NCBI GenBank assembly: GCA_951406725.2
Contig: OX597831.1
Span: 59,086,001-59,150,000 of the forward strand
Length of the DNA stretch: 64,000 nucleotides
Reading direction: 5' to 3'
Source of the DNA: Octopus vulgaris
Taxonomy: Eukaryota
Made by a program: the position numbers and the translations under genes. The first letter of the stretch is position 1. Each line of letters starts with the position of its first letter. Positions 39,605 through 52,453 of this stretch are shown piece after piece. Below the pieces are notes generated by a model that was given only the letters and a program-made list of their open reading frames with translations, was not told where the DNA came from and made no database searches.

Positions 39605-39633
39605 AGCCAACCTGCGCCTATATATATATATAT

Positions 39634-39688
<55 letters not shown>

Positions 39689-39697
39689 AGAGATAGA

Positions 39698-39733
<36 letters not shown>

Positions 39734-40993
39734 TAATGTGAGAGAGAGTTTGAAGAGGTGTACAGATATTGTATATTTAGAATAATAAGGTAGTCACAAT
39801 TCTGGATGATTATATATATATATTTATATTTATTTACATGTTATTTAGCGCTTTCTTCTGTTATCGGATTTGAAAGCGCTAAAATGTAAAGAACATGTAA
39901 ATAAATAAAAATAAATATAATCATTCAACATTCTGACTACTTTATTATTATACATACACGTGCACAGACACACAGGTACAAATATTAAATGGAAGACAAA
40001 AACAGCAAAGGTGTTAATAATAGCTGTGTTGTGCACTTTGAAACTTATGTAGCTTCACTAAATTGCTATAAATATTTCCAATTAAATCATCGAGCATTTT
40101 AAACATATTTCACTAAAGAATTGCCACTGGTATTAGTGTACGATGAAATGAGGTTATGCATAAATATTTCCAGAATATGCAGTTCCTATTTATGTTTGCA
40201 TTCAGCGTTAGCCAGAAGTTTTTCTGCAACTTTTCTTAGTTGTTTTTTTCCCATATTCTCCAAGCAGACCTCTTCCATAAGCAAAAACCCGTCTTTGTCA
40301 TTGCTTTTGAAAATTTGTTTATAATATGTAGCGTCTTTAACCTCTAAATTTCAATTGCTGGAACTCATATTCTACTTACTTGAAATTATAATCATATAAT
40401 CGGTTTTCATTCCATCATCTTTTCACGTAATTTTCCAATTTAGATGCCAGATCTTCCGGCATATTTCTTTATTTCGTCTTTATGGATTCTTTAATTTTCT
40501 TCTAAGCATATTGCAAATGTTCACAATATTTTCCCTATGTAGCACTTCCGCTAAAAGATGACATATATGCAAAAATTTACAGTCCGAAATAGCGTCATGT
40601 TCCACTCTCTCTTATGATTCAGTAATAAGGATGGGATACGTTTTACTCTAAATTGAATAGAATAAAAACTGAGTAGTTGCAATTATAACGAATCAATGGA
40701 TTTGCGGTTTACCGTGTGGATTTGTGGCATATATTCAGCGATAATAGAAATGGCGTAGAGCAGTCGCAAGGAATGTTTATATAAGCATCCTCTATAATAT
40801 AAAATATATTATATTATGAATGCATGAAGCCAAGCCAGGCCAAGAAAAGTCTAGTCGGAAGCGATATATATATATGGGCATGCGTATTTGTGTCGCTACT
40901 TTATATTCCTAGGATACATCTAGACACATATGTAGATATATTTATAATAATGGGTGTTTGTGTGTATAAATATACATATATATATATATATAT

Positions 40994-41223
40994 GGAGGCG
41001 CAATGGAGGCGCAGTGGAGGCGCAATGGCCCAGTGGTTAGGGCAGCGGACTTGCGGTCGGAGGATCGCGGTTTCGATTCCCAGACCGGGCGTTGTGTGTG
41101 TTTATTGAGCGAAAACACCTAAAAGCTCCACGAGGCTCCGGCAGGGGATGGTGGTGATCCCTGCTGTACTCTTTCACCACTCTAAAAGGCGGTGCTCCAG
41201 CATGGCCGCAGTCAAATAACTAA

Positions 41224-41226
<3 letters not shown>
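40994..41226 (+). mobile_element. chimeric SINE with triplicated 11-bp head
   Basis: 41016-41183 matches the 14728-15038 family. 41185-41226 matches the 3' tail of the 62783 family. Confidence 0.8.
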
Positions 41227-41275
<49 letters not shown>

Positions 41276-41276
41276 A

Positions 41277-42180
41277 CAAATCTTGTATATAAATGTACCG
41301 TGCACACAAGGGGATGGCCGTTTGTTTACATTGGGCAGACGGAAGATTTTTTAAGAATCGTTATTGTAACCATGTTGCCAACTTTATAACAATCAATGAG
41401 GGATTCAACTTCTTTGGCAGATTTTGTATGGCGACTAAAGGGGGTTAAAATTAAGTACAAAATAATTTGGTCCGTAGTAAGCTACGCGAAAACATACAAT
41501 ACAATTTGTAGGAGATGCTGTCTCTGCCCCGAGAAATACCTGTCCATTCTGTAGACTAAGGAGAAACTCATTAACAGGATTTCTGAGCGACTCTTGAGAT
41601 GCCTGTAGCATATAAATGTACTTTCGCACAATGCTGTGGGGATGAATTTTGAGTTACTGTTAACATGATTTAATTTACATTGAGGTGTGGATCACTTCAG
41701 TTTACTTTTAAACTTTCCATTCATACAAACAGCAAATAGATAGTTAACACGTTTTGGGATCATGACTACATCAAACCTCATGTCTGCGTATTCTCACATT
41801 CTCGGGGATGCTTGTATGAGCGGGTTTACTCGCGAGATGTAGCTTGCCCGGGATCTGCATCCACATTTGTTACAGGTTATTTTTAATAATTTTCTTGCTG
41901 AATTGCGTGTTCGTTTTCTTTTTTCGTTCTGTATTTTCTTTTGGACCTTCAATATGAATTGAGATATTTCCTCTTCTCTGGCCGCTTCTCTTTCTACAAA
42001 AAGAGAAGTTACATTGCGGAGTTGTATTTATTTATCACGCGACGAAATGCGTCTGCAACATCGGATATTCCTGAACCAGTTTTTGAGTATTCTAGCCATG
42101 AGTGACCGATGCTAGATGTGTGGAAACGCTTGTCATGATTCTCGTATATTCAATCTGCCGTCTTTCATTTGACATATACA
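41277..42180 (+). mobile_element. Penelope-like element 3' fragment (GIY-YIG pseudogene plus 3' region)
   Basis: NLVYKCTV..VYIGQTE..(F)KNRYCNH..SLADFVWRLK..IWSVVSYAKTYNTICRRCCLCPEK..LINRISE. A hammerhead-like motif lies at 42097-42137. Confidence 0.8.
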
Positions 42181-42330
42181 TACATACATACATACATACA
42201 TACATACATACATACATACACACACACATATATATGAGATCGTATTTTACGTTGCGAGCCTACGCTCTACAACAAAAGGAAAAAGAAGAAATAAACAGAG
42301 AGAAAAAAAAACTTTTGGTCTATAGTAAGG

Positions 42331-42470
<140 letters not shown>

Positions 42471-43387
42471 TATATATATATATATATATATAAGAATATG
42501 AGGTGTTTAGTAAACGTATAGCTATGCTAGATGAGTGCTATAGTTCCTCGACCATTAGGTTCCAAGACCACAGCTAGGGCTGAATCTGGGGATCCGTGTT
42601 AGAGTTCCGTTATAGCATCTATTTTTTATATTAGAGGAAAAATCGAAATCAAGACACAACAAGTATTTTAAGTCTGGAGAGAGAGAGAGAAAGAAAGAGA
42701 GAGATAGAGATAGACAGACAGAAAGAGACACGGGTCACACAAAGAAAACAAGGCAATAAACTAATAAGTAGATCGATAATTAAATATATTTTCATATATT
42801 CACTTAAGAGTGGGTTTGTATTTGCCTATGCACTCATTTCGTGTTGTGATTTGCATAGGCAAATATATAGGAGGACGTAAATATAGTGAAAGACATAGGA
42901 AGATACACATATAACAATGTAACTCAATTCGTAAATATATATATATATATAATCCATTTATGAATTTAATTAAACAAATGACATAATACATCAAAACATA
43001 CAACGATAAGAAATATAAATCGCTCAAGTATTAAGCGCTATGTCATATTTTCTGTAAGACAAATAACGTTTGTGTGCTTCCTGCGTATGTTTACTTTAAA
43101 TATTTCTAAAACATGAATAAATCAATTAAATTTCTTATTGTTCTGCTCTATATAATCTTTAACATATGTTTTCAACTTATTTTCGTGTTTGTCTAATAGA
43201 ATGAAGATTTACTGATTAGAGACAATGCATTCTTTCTATATGTTTCTTTCTGAATACGTTCGTCAAATAAACTCTAATGCCCCTTCGTCTGATACAATAA
43301 CTATAGATTATTTATAGAATATAATTAGGTTATTACGGGTTAAACCATACGACGATTGAGACAACAACGACAGTTCCTACTACTTCA

Positions 43388-43466
<79 letters not shown>

Positions 43467-43542
43467 TGACCAGAAAGGCCAACAACTGCAACAAAAATAA
43501 AAGCAGCAGAACAACAGCAACAACAACAACAACAATAATAAT

Positions 43543-43573
<31 letters not shown>

Positions 43574-43649
43574 AAGAGAGAGAGAGAGAGAGAGAGATAG
43601 GGAGAGAGGGAGAGAGAGAGAATAAAATGGTAATAAAGGGATAAGATAG

Positions 43650-43894
43650 AAATATTCTGACAATGAGGAAAGGTTTATGAACCTTAATATTTCAGGCGCA
43701 AAGGCTCAGCTTCAGACAAAAAAAAACCTACATTCGGAGAGTGAATGATGTAGCTATATAACGCGGGGAGATTTTGAATGGGTTAACGGAACCTGCATAG
43801 CTGGATATTTCCCAGACTGTTTTATTTATGAGTATGGGCCTTTTGCCTGAAATATAAAGGTTTTATAAAACTTGCCGCGTTGCCAAAAGCATTC
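43650..43894. repeat. imperfect inverted repeat with hammerhead-like remnants
   Basis: 43670-43708 pairs with 43835-43873, and weaker similarity extends outward. Confidence 0.7.
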
Positions 43895-44559
43895 TATTTC
43901 CTCTCCATTTTACCTTCTTCGATATTGCAATGTTTCAAGCGAACTGCAAAACATACACACACAGACACACACACATATACACACACACACATACACACAC
44001 ACACATTCTCTCTCTCTTCCCCCCTCTCTCTCACTATATATATATATGTACATAATTAAAATTAAGTGGAATTAATTGCTAAAATTGAAGCACCTTGCCG
44101 GTTCAGCACAATCCGATCAACTCAATTTTAAGTGAACAAAATGTAAATAATTAAATATGATGTATAGTTATCAATACATTACGGCCGTTTCAAGCTCCTC
44201 CATTTTATCGACCAATAAAACATGACATCAATTAGAAACAATCCGCTCCCCTCAAATGCAGATGAGCATAGAGACTTCCAGCATAAATGGCAAACCATTC
44301 TTAACAAATTTACATGAATACTAGAAAACAAAATAAATACATCGTTTCCTTATGTTATATCTATGGCAGAATGAGTTTAGAAAACAATGTATATTTTATT
44401 AAGCCTACTATAGTTTAGAGAGTAGGAGACAAAAAATAGTGGTGGTCATGATATAGGAGTGCTGACGTTGTTACTTATATTTAGAAGATTTTTTTTAGGA
44501 AGCATTTAGTCTTACATCATTTAGAATTAAAGCTATTGCGAGTTATCAACCGTATTCTA

Positions 44560-45456
44560 GTTGATGGTGATAACTCAATTAATGCCAGATAGTCTCCCAG
44601 ACATTATTCGGTGTGGGTATATTCGCTGTTGCCGTAGTTGGATCCGGTTTCCGTCCGTTTTATGCATTATCTGGCCCATGTATTTAATTTTTTTATAGAA
44701 AGAACACGCATCTTCCTTCACTTATCTTCAAACCATATTCTCTTATCTTCTCAAGTATCCTCTTAACGTGTTCTACATGTTAGTGTGATTCCATCTAAAT
44801 AGGCGATGGCAAAATCACAGTCATCCAGCACTTTATCCATTACTTTCTAAAATATGGATGGAACCACCTTTACACCGAATTGAAACCACTTAAATGTAAA
44901 TAATCTACGGTGTGCATTAATGGCTAATAAGTGTGAGCATTCTTCTTCTACTTGGATTTGTAAATATGCCTCTGAGAGGTCCGATATTGACAAGAATTTC
45001 CCTCCATTGAATTTTTCGAATACTTCAAGACTCGGCAATGCGTATTAATGTGAGAATTAGCAATTGCTTAACCCATTGAAGAGTCCCTATACACACTTAA
45101 CTTCTAATTTTTAAATTGTTTACGTTGACAGTAGGTGCTGCCAAATCTGAGTGGTTCGTCTTCTTGTTTATTCATAGAGGTTCAAGCCTTTCAAGTTCCT
45201 TATTTACCTGCTTTAATGCTGCGAATGGTACATTATGCTTTGGCTTTTATACAGGTGTTGCACTTCGTTTTACTAAAATTTTTGGTTACGTTTTCGTGCA
45301 GCAACCTAGCTTATCCAAGAAAACATCTGGAAATAAATGTTTTATTTTTCCTTTGACAAACACTTATGGGCGTATCCCACACTTTGAACAGTTCCATCCA
45401 CGTTGTGCCGGATAGAACAAATTAATTTTTTAACACATATATACTTTTGTCTTTTT
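44560..45456 (-). pseudogene. Gypsy/Ty3-type LTR retrotransposon pol remnant (RT)
   Basis: FPDVFLDKLGCCTK..VPFAALKQVNKELERLE..AAPTV..GGKFLSISDLSEAYLQIQV..FGVKVVPSIF*KVMD..AYLDG, with many disablements. Confidence 0.85.
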
Positions 45457-45494
45457 CATTTCTCATTCCAAATGTATTTTCGATGTTGTTGTTG

Positions 45495-45571
<77 letters not shown>

Positions 45572-45574
<3 letters not shown>

Positions 45575-46657
45575 TAGTTTTATTTTTGTAGCGTGCTTTC
45601 ACTTCACTACCGAGCACAGCTCTGTGTGCCTTGGGTATGTGCTGTGATTTGTTGTGATGCTCTGATGGTTATTGTATGGAAAGTGTTCTGCGTAGGATGT
45701 GTGCAGTGCCTAGTAGTGCAATTTTCTGTATGTTATATGTGTTTGTAAGTCCTGGTGTTTTTGTTATGTATTTGTCTGAATATTTTTTTATCATGCCTAA
45801 TGCACCTACTATGATAGGAATTGTTTCTGTTTTCAGATTCCACATTCTAGTTACCTCTATTTCCAGGTCTTTGTATTTTGAGAGTTTCTCCATTTCTTTT
45901 AGAGACACGTTGTCATCAGCCGGTATTGATACATCAATTAGAAAGCATTTTTTTTCTTCATGATCTCTGACAACTATATCTGGTCTGTTGGCCTTAATTT
46001 CTCTATCTGTGTGTATCGGTATATCCCAGAGTATGGTTGCTTTCTCGTTTTCTGTGACCTTTTCTGGTGTGTGCCTATACCATCTTTTTTCTGTTGTTAT
46101 TCCATAATGTTGGCATAGCTTCCAATGTATGTAGGTTCCAACTCTGTCATGTCTGTGAATATATTCCTTCTTAGCCAAGACTGGGCAGCTAGAGATAATA
46201 TGATTTATTGTTTCTTGTCCATCTCCATATATTCTGCAGTTACTTGTAATATTTCTTTTCATTACATGTTTTTGGTAATTTCTGGTGGGGAGGCTTTGGT
46301 CTTGTGCTGCAATTAAAAATCCCTCTGTTTCTGCTTTGAGTCCTGAGCTTCTCAACCATTGCTGGGATTTTTCTTTGTCTATTTCTTTTGCGTTTAATTT
46401 AGTCCAGTATTTACCATGAAGGGGCTTTTCTTGCCATCGTTTTATCATGGTTCGTTGCTGTTCTATTTTTAGTTTGGATTTCATTTGTTTTATAGCTTTT
46501 GTTGTTTCTTCATCTTCTTCTTCTTCTTCATGTTTATTAGGTGGTATGATTTCTTGTTTGTATTTGTCAGCTTCCTTAAATACTGAGAACAATTTTTTGT
46601 TTTGCTTGTGTTTTGCCGCTATCTGGATCAGTTTTCCTTCCTTCTGAAGTAGATAAT
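45572..46657 (-). mobile_element. R4/Dong-type non-LTR retrotransposon with restriction-like endonuclease, 5'-truncated
   Basis: About 330 uninterrupted codons: AAQDQ, CRIYG..ETINHIISSC (CCHC with C>Y), RHD, NRPDIV..IDVSIP..EKLSKY (PD-(D/E)xK-type RLE). Followed by a ~95-bp 3' UTR, with (TAA)n on both sides. Confidence 0.92.
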
Positions 46658-46666
46658 TACTATTAC

Positions 46667-46733
<67 letters not shown>

Positions 46734-46735
<2 letters not shown>

Positions 46736-46911
46736 TGTCACTGCTTGGAATCGAACTCGGAATCTTGGGGTTAGTAGCCCGCGCTCTTAACCACTACGCT
46801 GTATGCCAACGGGTATATGGCGTAGTGGTTAACAACAAACATGATGAGGACAAATATCCGTCGAATGTAAATAATGTGCATGGTTCCTCATCTCTTAAAT
46901 ATAGAACTGTA
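46734..46911 (-). mobile_element. tRNA-like SINE head plus inverted partial copy
   Basis: Minus strand reads ggcatacagcgtagtggttaagagcgcgggctactaaccccaagattccgagttcgattcc (A/B boxes, poor acceptor stem). 46787-46807 is inverted at 46812-46832. Confidence 0.7.
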
Positions 46912-46920
46912 CACATTTCT

Positions 46921-47100
46921 TCTTTGTCACATTACCAATGCCTTTCGACGATGTCTCGTTTATTCTTTTCTCTTTGTTTTAACATTCTATCATCTTTGTT
47001 TTACAATGCGCTTTTATGTGTCCAATTTTTCCACCATGGAAGCATTCCTTAGGTTTAACAATCCTGTATTTACTGATTGCAATTCTTGTTCTCGGTGATT
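46921..47100 (-). pseudogene. gag zinc-knuckle remnant of the Gypsy element
   Basis: KECFHGGK/IGHIKAHCK, a CX2CX4HX4C motif with one substitution and a frameshift. It is upstream of the pol remnant on the same strand. Confidence 0.6.
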
Positions 47101-47506
47101 CAGATTTGACGTGTGTAGTACGAGAATGCATAGTATTCCCTTCCTTGAATTACTGTAAGCCTCTATAATAACTTCTGACCAAAGACCTAATAGAAGCTGC
47201 CGTAACGGCGGTGACATTAGATGTGGCTGAATATATGAGACCTTAGTTCTTCTTCCATCAAATATACTACTAGAGCTCTGATGAACAGGGGAAATGCTTT
47301 CCAAATGTTAGAAAAATAACAGGATAGATGTTGTCTTCCCAGAGGTAAAATCTATGTGACGTTAATTAACATCTCCAGCGTCTGTTCGTCTACTATCATG
47401 TTTAGAAGTGCTGTTATATTCAATGAGTTGACTACCACTTGCTGTAACATAGTTCTTTGATCAATGGCATCTGACATAGCTTTCCTTCTGGTACCTCCTC
47501 TCTCTG

Positions 47507-47539
<33 letters not shown>

Positions 47540-48018
47540 TCCTCTCTCAGACAGACAAAAAGAGTGTTGAAAATATATCTGTTTTTGTTCAAACCGTTGT
47601 CATACCAGACGTTTTATTTGATGTTCTGACTCTAGATTATTTTTCTTTTAAATACAGTCGACCAGGTAATTTCGATTACGTAAGGACTTGTTTCAACTAA
47701 CAACCATAAGACTGCCGACAACCATAAGATTTCCGACTAAGCGATATGGGTTTTTCATAAAACAGATTTTCACTCTTCCTCATATATATTTTTATATGTG
47801 TAAGTTGTTCGTTCTTACTTTTGCACTGCATAGTATCATCTGCTCCATGCATTTACTGTATAATGGGCAAATGCCAGGAATTCGAAAGTTGTACGATCAT
47901 GGTTCACTTGTTGTTATCTCTTTTTCAATTAGCACACCAACATCATAACCAATAACTAACCATATTAGGGCTATTCATTAGCTTGTGGTTATTGTAGAAA
48001 CCCGGACCAAGGTATTTA

Positions 48019-49114
48019 ATGGAGGCAGTTGATTGCAGCTCAGTGATCAGGTTCTTATACTTGAAACGTCATGCATCAAAAGAGACTTTAGATGAAATGA
48101 AAGAAGTTCATGATGACGATGTACCATACGACGTAGTAAGCACTGGTATTGGCAGATAAAATATGGTCGAACATTGGTAGTAACTGCTCCTATTCCTAGA
48201 CGACCACATTTCGCCATTGATGATGACGCTATCCATAAAATGGAAGCCGTCATTTTGGATGACCACTGCATTCGACAACTAGCCCCAAAAGTGACGATAA
48301 GTGTCGGGTCCGTGGATAAAAAAAACATTCACGACTATTTGCACATCCGGAAGATATCTCTACGATGGATTCCCCGGAGGCTGAAATCTTTTCACAAGTA
48401 GGAACGAATCAATTGCTCCCAGGTTCTTTCGGCAATGTGCCAAGGAAATATGAAGGATTTCTCAGTAGACTTATCATACAGGATGAAACATGGATCCAAC
48501 ACTATGATCCTCAGACTAAACTCCAATCGAAGCAACGAAAGCATGATAACTAACCACCTCAAAAGAATGCTTGTGTCCAACCCTCAGCAGGCAAGTTGAT
48601 ACTCAGTCTTTTAGGACCAGCGTGGATGATGAATTTTCTGGCAAAGAACACCACAGTTATTATGCTTCTCTGCAACAGAAATTGTGGGACGCCATCAAAG
48701 CAGATATGCGTGGCTCGCTGGCCAAAGGAGTATGCCTCATCCGAGATAACACCCTAGTTCACAATGCGCATGTTGCCCAGAGGAAACACACTCGAATGGC
48801 TATGAAATCCTTTCTCATCCCTCTTACTCTCCAGATCTCACACCATCTGACTTTCACCTCTTTTCCACCAGGAAATCCGTTTTGAAGAGGAAGCACTTCG
48901 GACGACGTTGAACTTATTTACGAGGTAAAGTCATGGTTCCAGACACAACCTATCGACTTTTGCAGACGAGGTTTCCACAGTTGCATAAAGCGATGGTAGA
49001 AGTGTGTCACTATTGATGGTAGCTAGGTAGAGAAAAACTAATAATTATGCCAAGTTTCGTTTGACTCAATCGTTGGGAAGTGAGTCAGAGGATATCTTTA
49101 ATGAAAACCTCTCG
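48019..49114 (+). mobile_element. mariner transposon with decayed DD34D transposase (48019-49041)
   Basis: MEAVDCSSVIRFLYLK, RWIPRRL, QDETWIQHYDPQTKLQS, RDNTLVH, HPSYSPDLTPSDFHLF, KRW*KCV. Right end is ..ctctcg|TA. Confidence 0.92.
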
Positions 49115-49527
49115 TATATACATACATAATACATACATACACGCATACATGAAGGCATATGTGAGTGCACGTGTGTGTGAGGTGATCAAAATATATATTG
49201 ATATTCCAAATACTATTCTGCTTATATAACCTAAATCAAACCACATAACAACAAATGTCTTATTTGAAAGTTGTCCTCTAACGGCATCAAGCGTTGCGAC
49301 AATTGCCAAACACAGGAAACTCGTTGGCATTCAGTCAATATTGACTATGAAATATTTAAACAAAGGAGGACATAGCTGTCAATGAACGTGCCAAATATTT
49401 CATTGGGAATGAAAGTTTTTCAGATTTCTCACAACAGAATGAAAAGAATATTAAAAATCAAGACTAACAATGTTCCCATTCAGCTCTGAAGACATCGTTT
49501 CAAGCTCCTTCAATATTAAAACTGAAT

Positions 49528-49642
49528 TCATTCGGGGTCGATAAATTAAGTACCAGTTGATCTAATAGACTGGGGTCGATCTAATAGACTGGCCCCTTCC
49601 TTTAAAATTTCCGGCCTTGTGTCTAGATAAAAACGAATATTA
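49528..49642 (+). mobile_element. Nin/Deu-like SINE 3' fragment
   Basis: ttcggggtcgataaattaagtaccagtt..ctggggtcgat..ggccttgtg, resembling 52800-52915. Confidence 0.7.
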
Positions 49643-52453
49643 AAATTGAGTTTCAAGTATGGTCATATTTCCAATCTGGTAATAAAATTAGGACATGCCT
49701 TTATGCCTTTACACATACGCGCAACTACAACTATATGTATGTTAAACATACTTAAATATTGCAACGATTTTATAAATGAAAAAACAAAAAATAATTGCAT
49801 TCCATCATTTCAAGTAGCAGATTTATGCAATATGTTATAAGAACACGTTGTATTTCCTCTCGTATTATAATTACTGATGTTTTTCCTATTAGTTTTTTGG
49901 CATAAAATGAGAGCATAACTCTAAGATAGAGAATATGGCTTTAGTTCAATGATAGTCATATACTGATTGAATTGTAAAATGGCTTTTCTTATATACACAT
50001 GCACAATCATGGTTCTCCTCCACAGTTTTCAAATTAAATAAAACCGTGTGTGGTATGTTTAAACAACACTCCCCTCTTCAAAATGCAACGTTACCTTTGT
50101 AAAAATAAAGTCACACAAGGGATCTAAAAATTCCCCCAAATTTAATAAATTCGAATTAATAACTTTAACATTTTTCACTCCTTGTGTTACACAGACCTTG
50201 TAGGCACAGATTTGGACCTACGAGTATCCTGAAAAGTTCTATTTAGCAAAGATGCGTGTAATAAAATTCATATGACGCTTCTATATATTTACTTGGAAGG
50301 TAATTTATAAAATAATTTATAAAAGAATTGTAGAACAAAAGGAAATTCATTTTACTATAACAATAAAAATTCATAATGATAAAAGAAGTTTCCATCAGCA
50401 CAGGAAGGTCCTAAATTTCCATAATATAAATTTTTGTAATCACTATAATCCTGTCACACGTTTGACAGACATACTAAACAATACAAGCACATCCCATGAT
50501 ATATATCTGTGGATATGTGCATGCGTGAGTGTACGTACTTGCATACGTATCTATATATACGCACACATATATGCGTGTGTGTGGATGCGTGTGTATGTGT
50601 GAATGCGTGTGTGTGTGTGGATGCGTGAATCTACATGCATACATAGTACACATATACATACATATAAATGTGTGTAAGTACGTAGACAAATATATGTATA
50701 TATGTACGTACATAGAAAAATAAATGTATATATGTATACGTATATATATGTGTGTGTGCGTGTATGTATGCATATTTGTGTGTGTGTGTTTGTGTAAGTG
50801 AGCATAATGCAACGGAATGAGGCAGATAGTTTTCTCTCATAAAATCCCGAGTCGGCTGACCACGTCGAATGAGAGAAAACATAGTATTGTTTAGAATAAA
50901 CAAACATGCTGTTCACCATTTGAGTGATAAATCCAGAGTTCACTTCAATATATTTCACGTGAAATACGGGGTATATTACCTAAACCGTATGAGGAATAAT
51001 GGAGTGTTATGCATCTTTAAAATTTAATAATAAACAAAACATTTGTATATTATTTTGCGACGCGTAGATTTATTGAGTGTTTCGTATTGTAAAGCATATT
51101 TAATCCAAAGGTTAGAGATCTTATGCATCTTTATTTGAGGTGTTTCCTCTCACCTGTATGTAAAAATGTGTTTTATTGAATAACTTTTGAAGATGTATAT
51201 CTCTTCCAGCTTCATAATTATATACATGTACATATACATATATAGGAAAAGACGTCTGAGTAATTAAACATTTATCTTGAGATATGAACTTCCTTAGCTT
51301 ATAGCTGTTGCCTCTACAAGATGCGGGGGGACCCATAGATCAGTGCCCGAGTAACATCTTACAGATTCATAACACCCGCACACGCATGCATACACACACT
51401 CTCACATGCACATACATTCATACATATACAGAAGCATACGTGTATATATATATATACATATATATATATAAGTTCAGCAAAATTTAGATTCAGATGAATA
51501 TGGTACTTAAGTTAAAGGCACGAGATGTGGGATGGTATTATCCATATAAATCAAATGGGGTGATTATTTTGATTATATATATATATATATACATACACAA
51601 ACACACACATAAACACACATGCACTCCCGCACACACACACACATAAATATCATAAGAGGACCCCCCCCCCGTATGGACTCGTCCTGCCTAAAATCACTCG
51701 TATTTATAATCGTCAACGATATAAACACGACTGATATTAAGAACGACGATACCATATATGCGCGGTTCTCTCTCCGTAAATAACTTAGAATTATGTTTAC
51801 TAACACAGCACCCACTTTCAGTAGGTGACAAACATTTGCTTGAGGTACTAAGTTTATGTCGCTCTCAATTATATTACTTTTTCTTGTTTCCCTCATTAGA
51901 CAGCGGCTTTACTGGGACGCCGACTTAAACAATTATAGTCAAGCGAATCTTACCATTACATAATTCTTTAAAGCTTTTTTCTCATCCTGTCGCAGTCTCT
52001 GGACTAATCACTAGATACAAGAACTTGAACACAACAATACTGGTTTTGAATCGGTGGTGTGGGATAATCACAGACGTAAAGACATACACAAGCGCATAAC
52101 TTACATACATAAACACACACAAACGCACACACGCACATATATATAAACTTACTTGGAAATGCGAAATACGAAGACAAAGTTTTGTATGCGAACAACGAAT
52201 AAAATAAATGGAAAGCAATACAAGTAACATAATGAACTACCCTTCATTAGTTGTCGGCTGTTTTGATCAAAATGTGGCGCAGGTAAGCAGCCGACAACTG
52301 ATGATGGGTCGTTGATTATGTTATTTGTATTACTTTCCATTTGTTTCTTTCGTTGTGTTAGTGCGCGCGCGCCTGTGTGCGTGTGAGTGTGTGTTTGGTG
52401 ATTCAAACTCGGGCCATGTATTCATGCATGTTTTTATGATAAATCGGCAGAAA

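Noticed and set aside
46658-46736. Poly-Asn N-terminus and ATG of the 355-aa ORF
   Set aside because: It is the flanking (TAA)n tract read in frame with a 5'-truncated retroelement, not a real start.
46734-46807. Possible tRNA gene
   Set aside because: A/B boxes and an anticodon arm are present, but the acceptor and T stems do not pair well. It is better explained as a SINE-type head.
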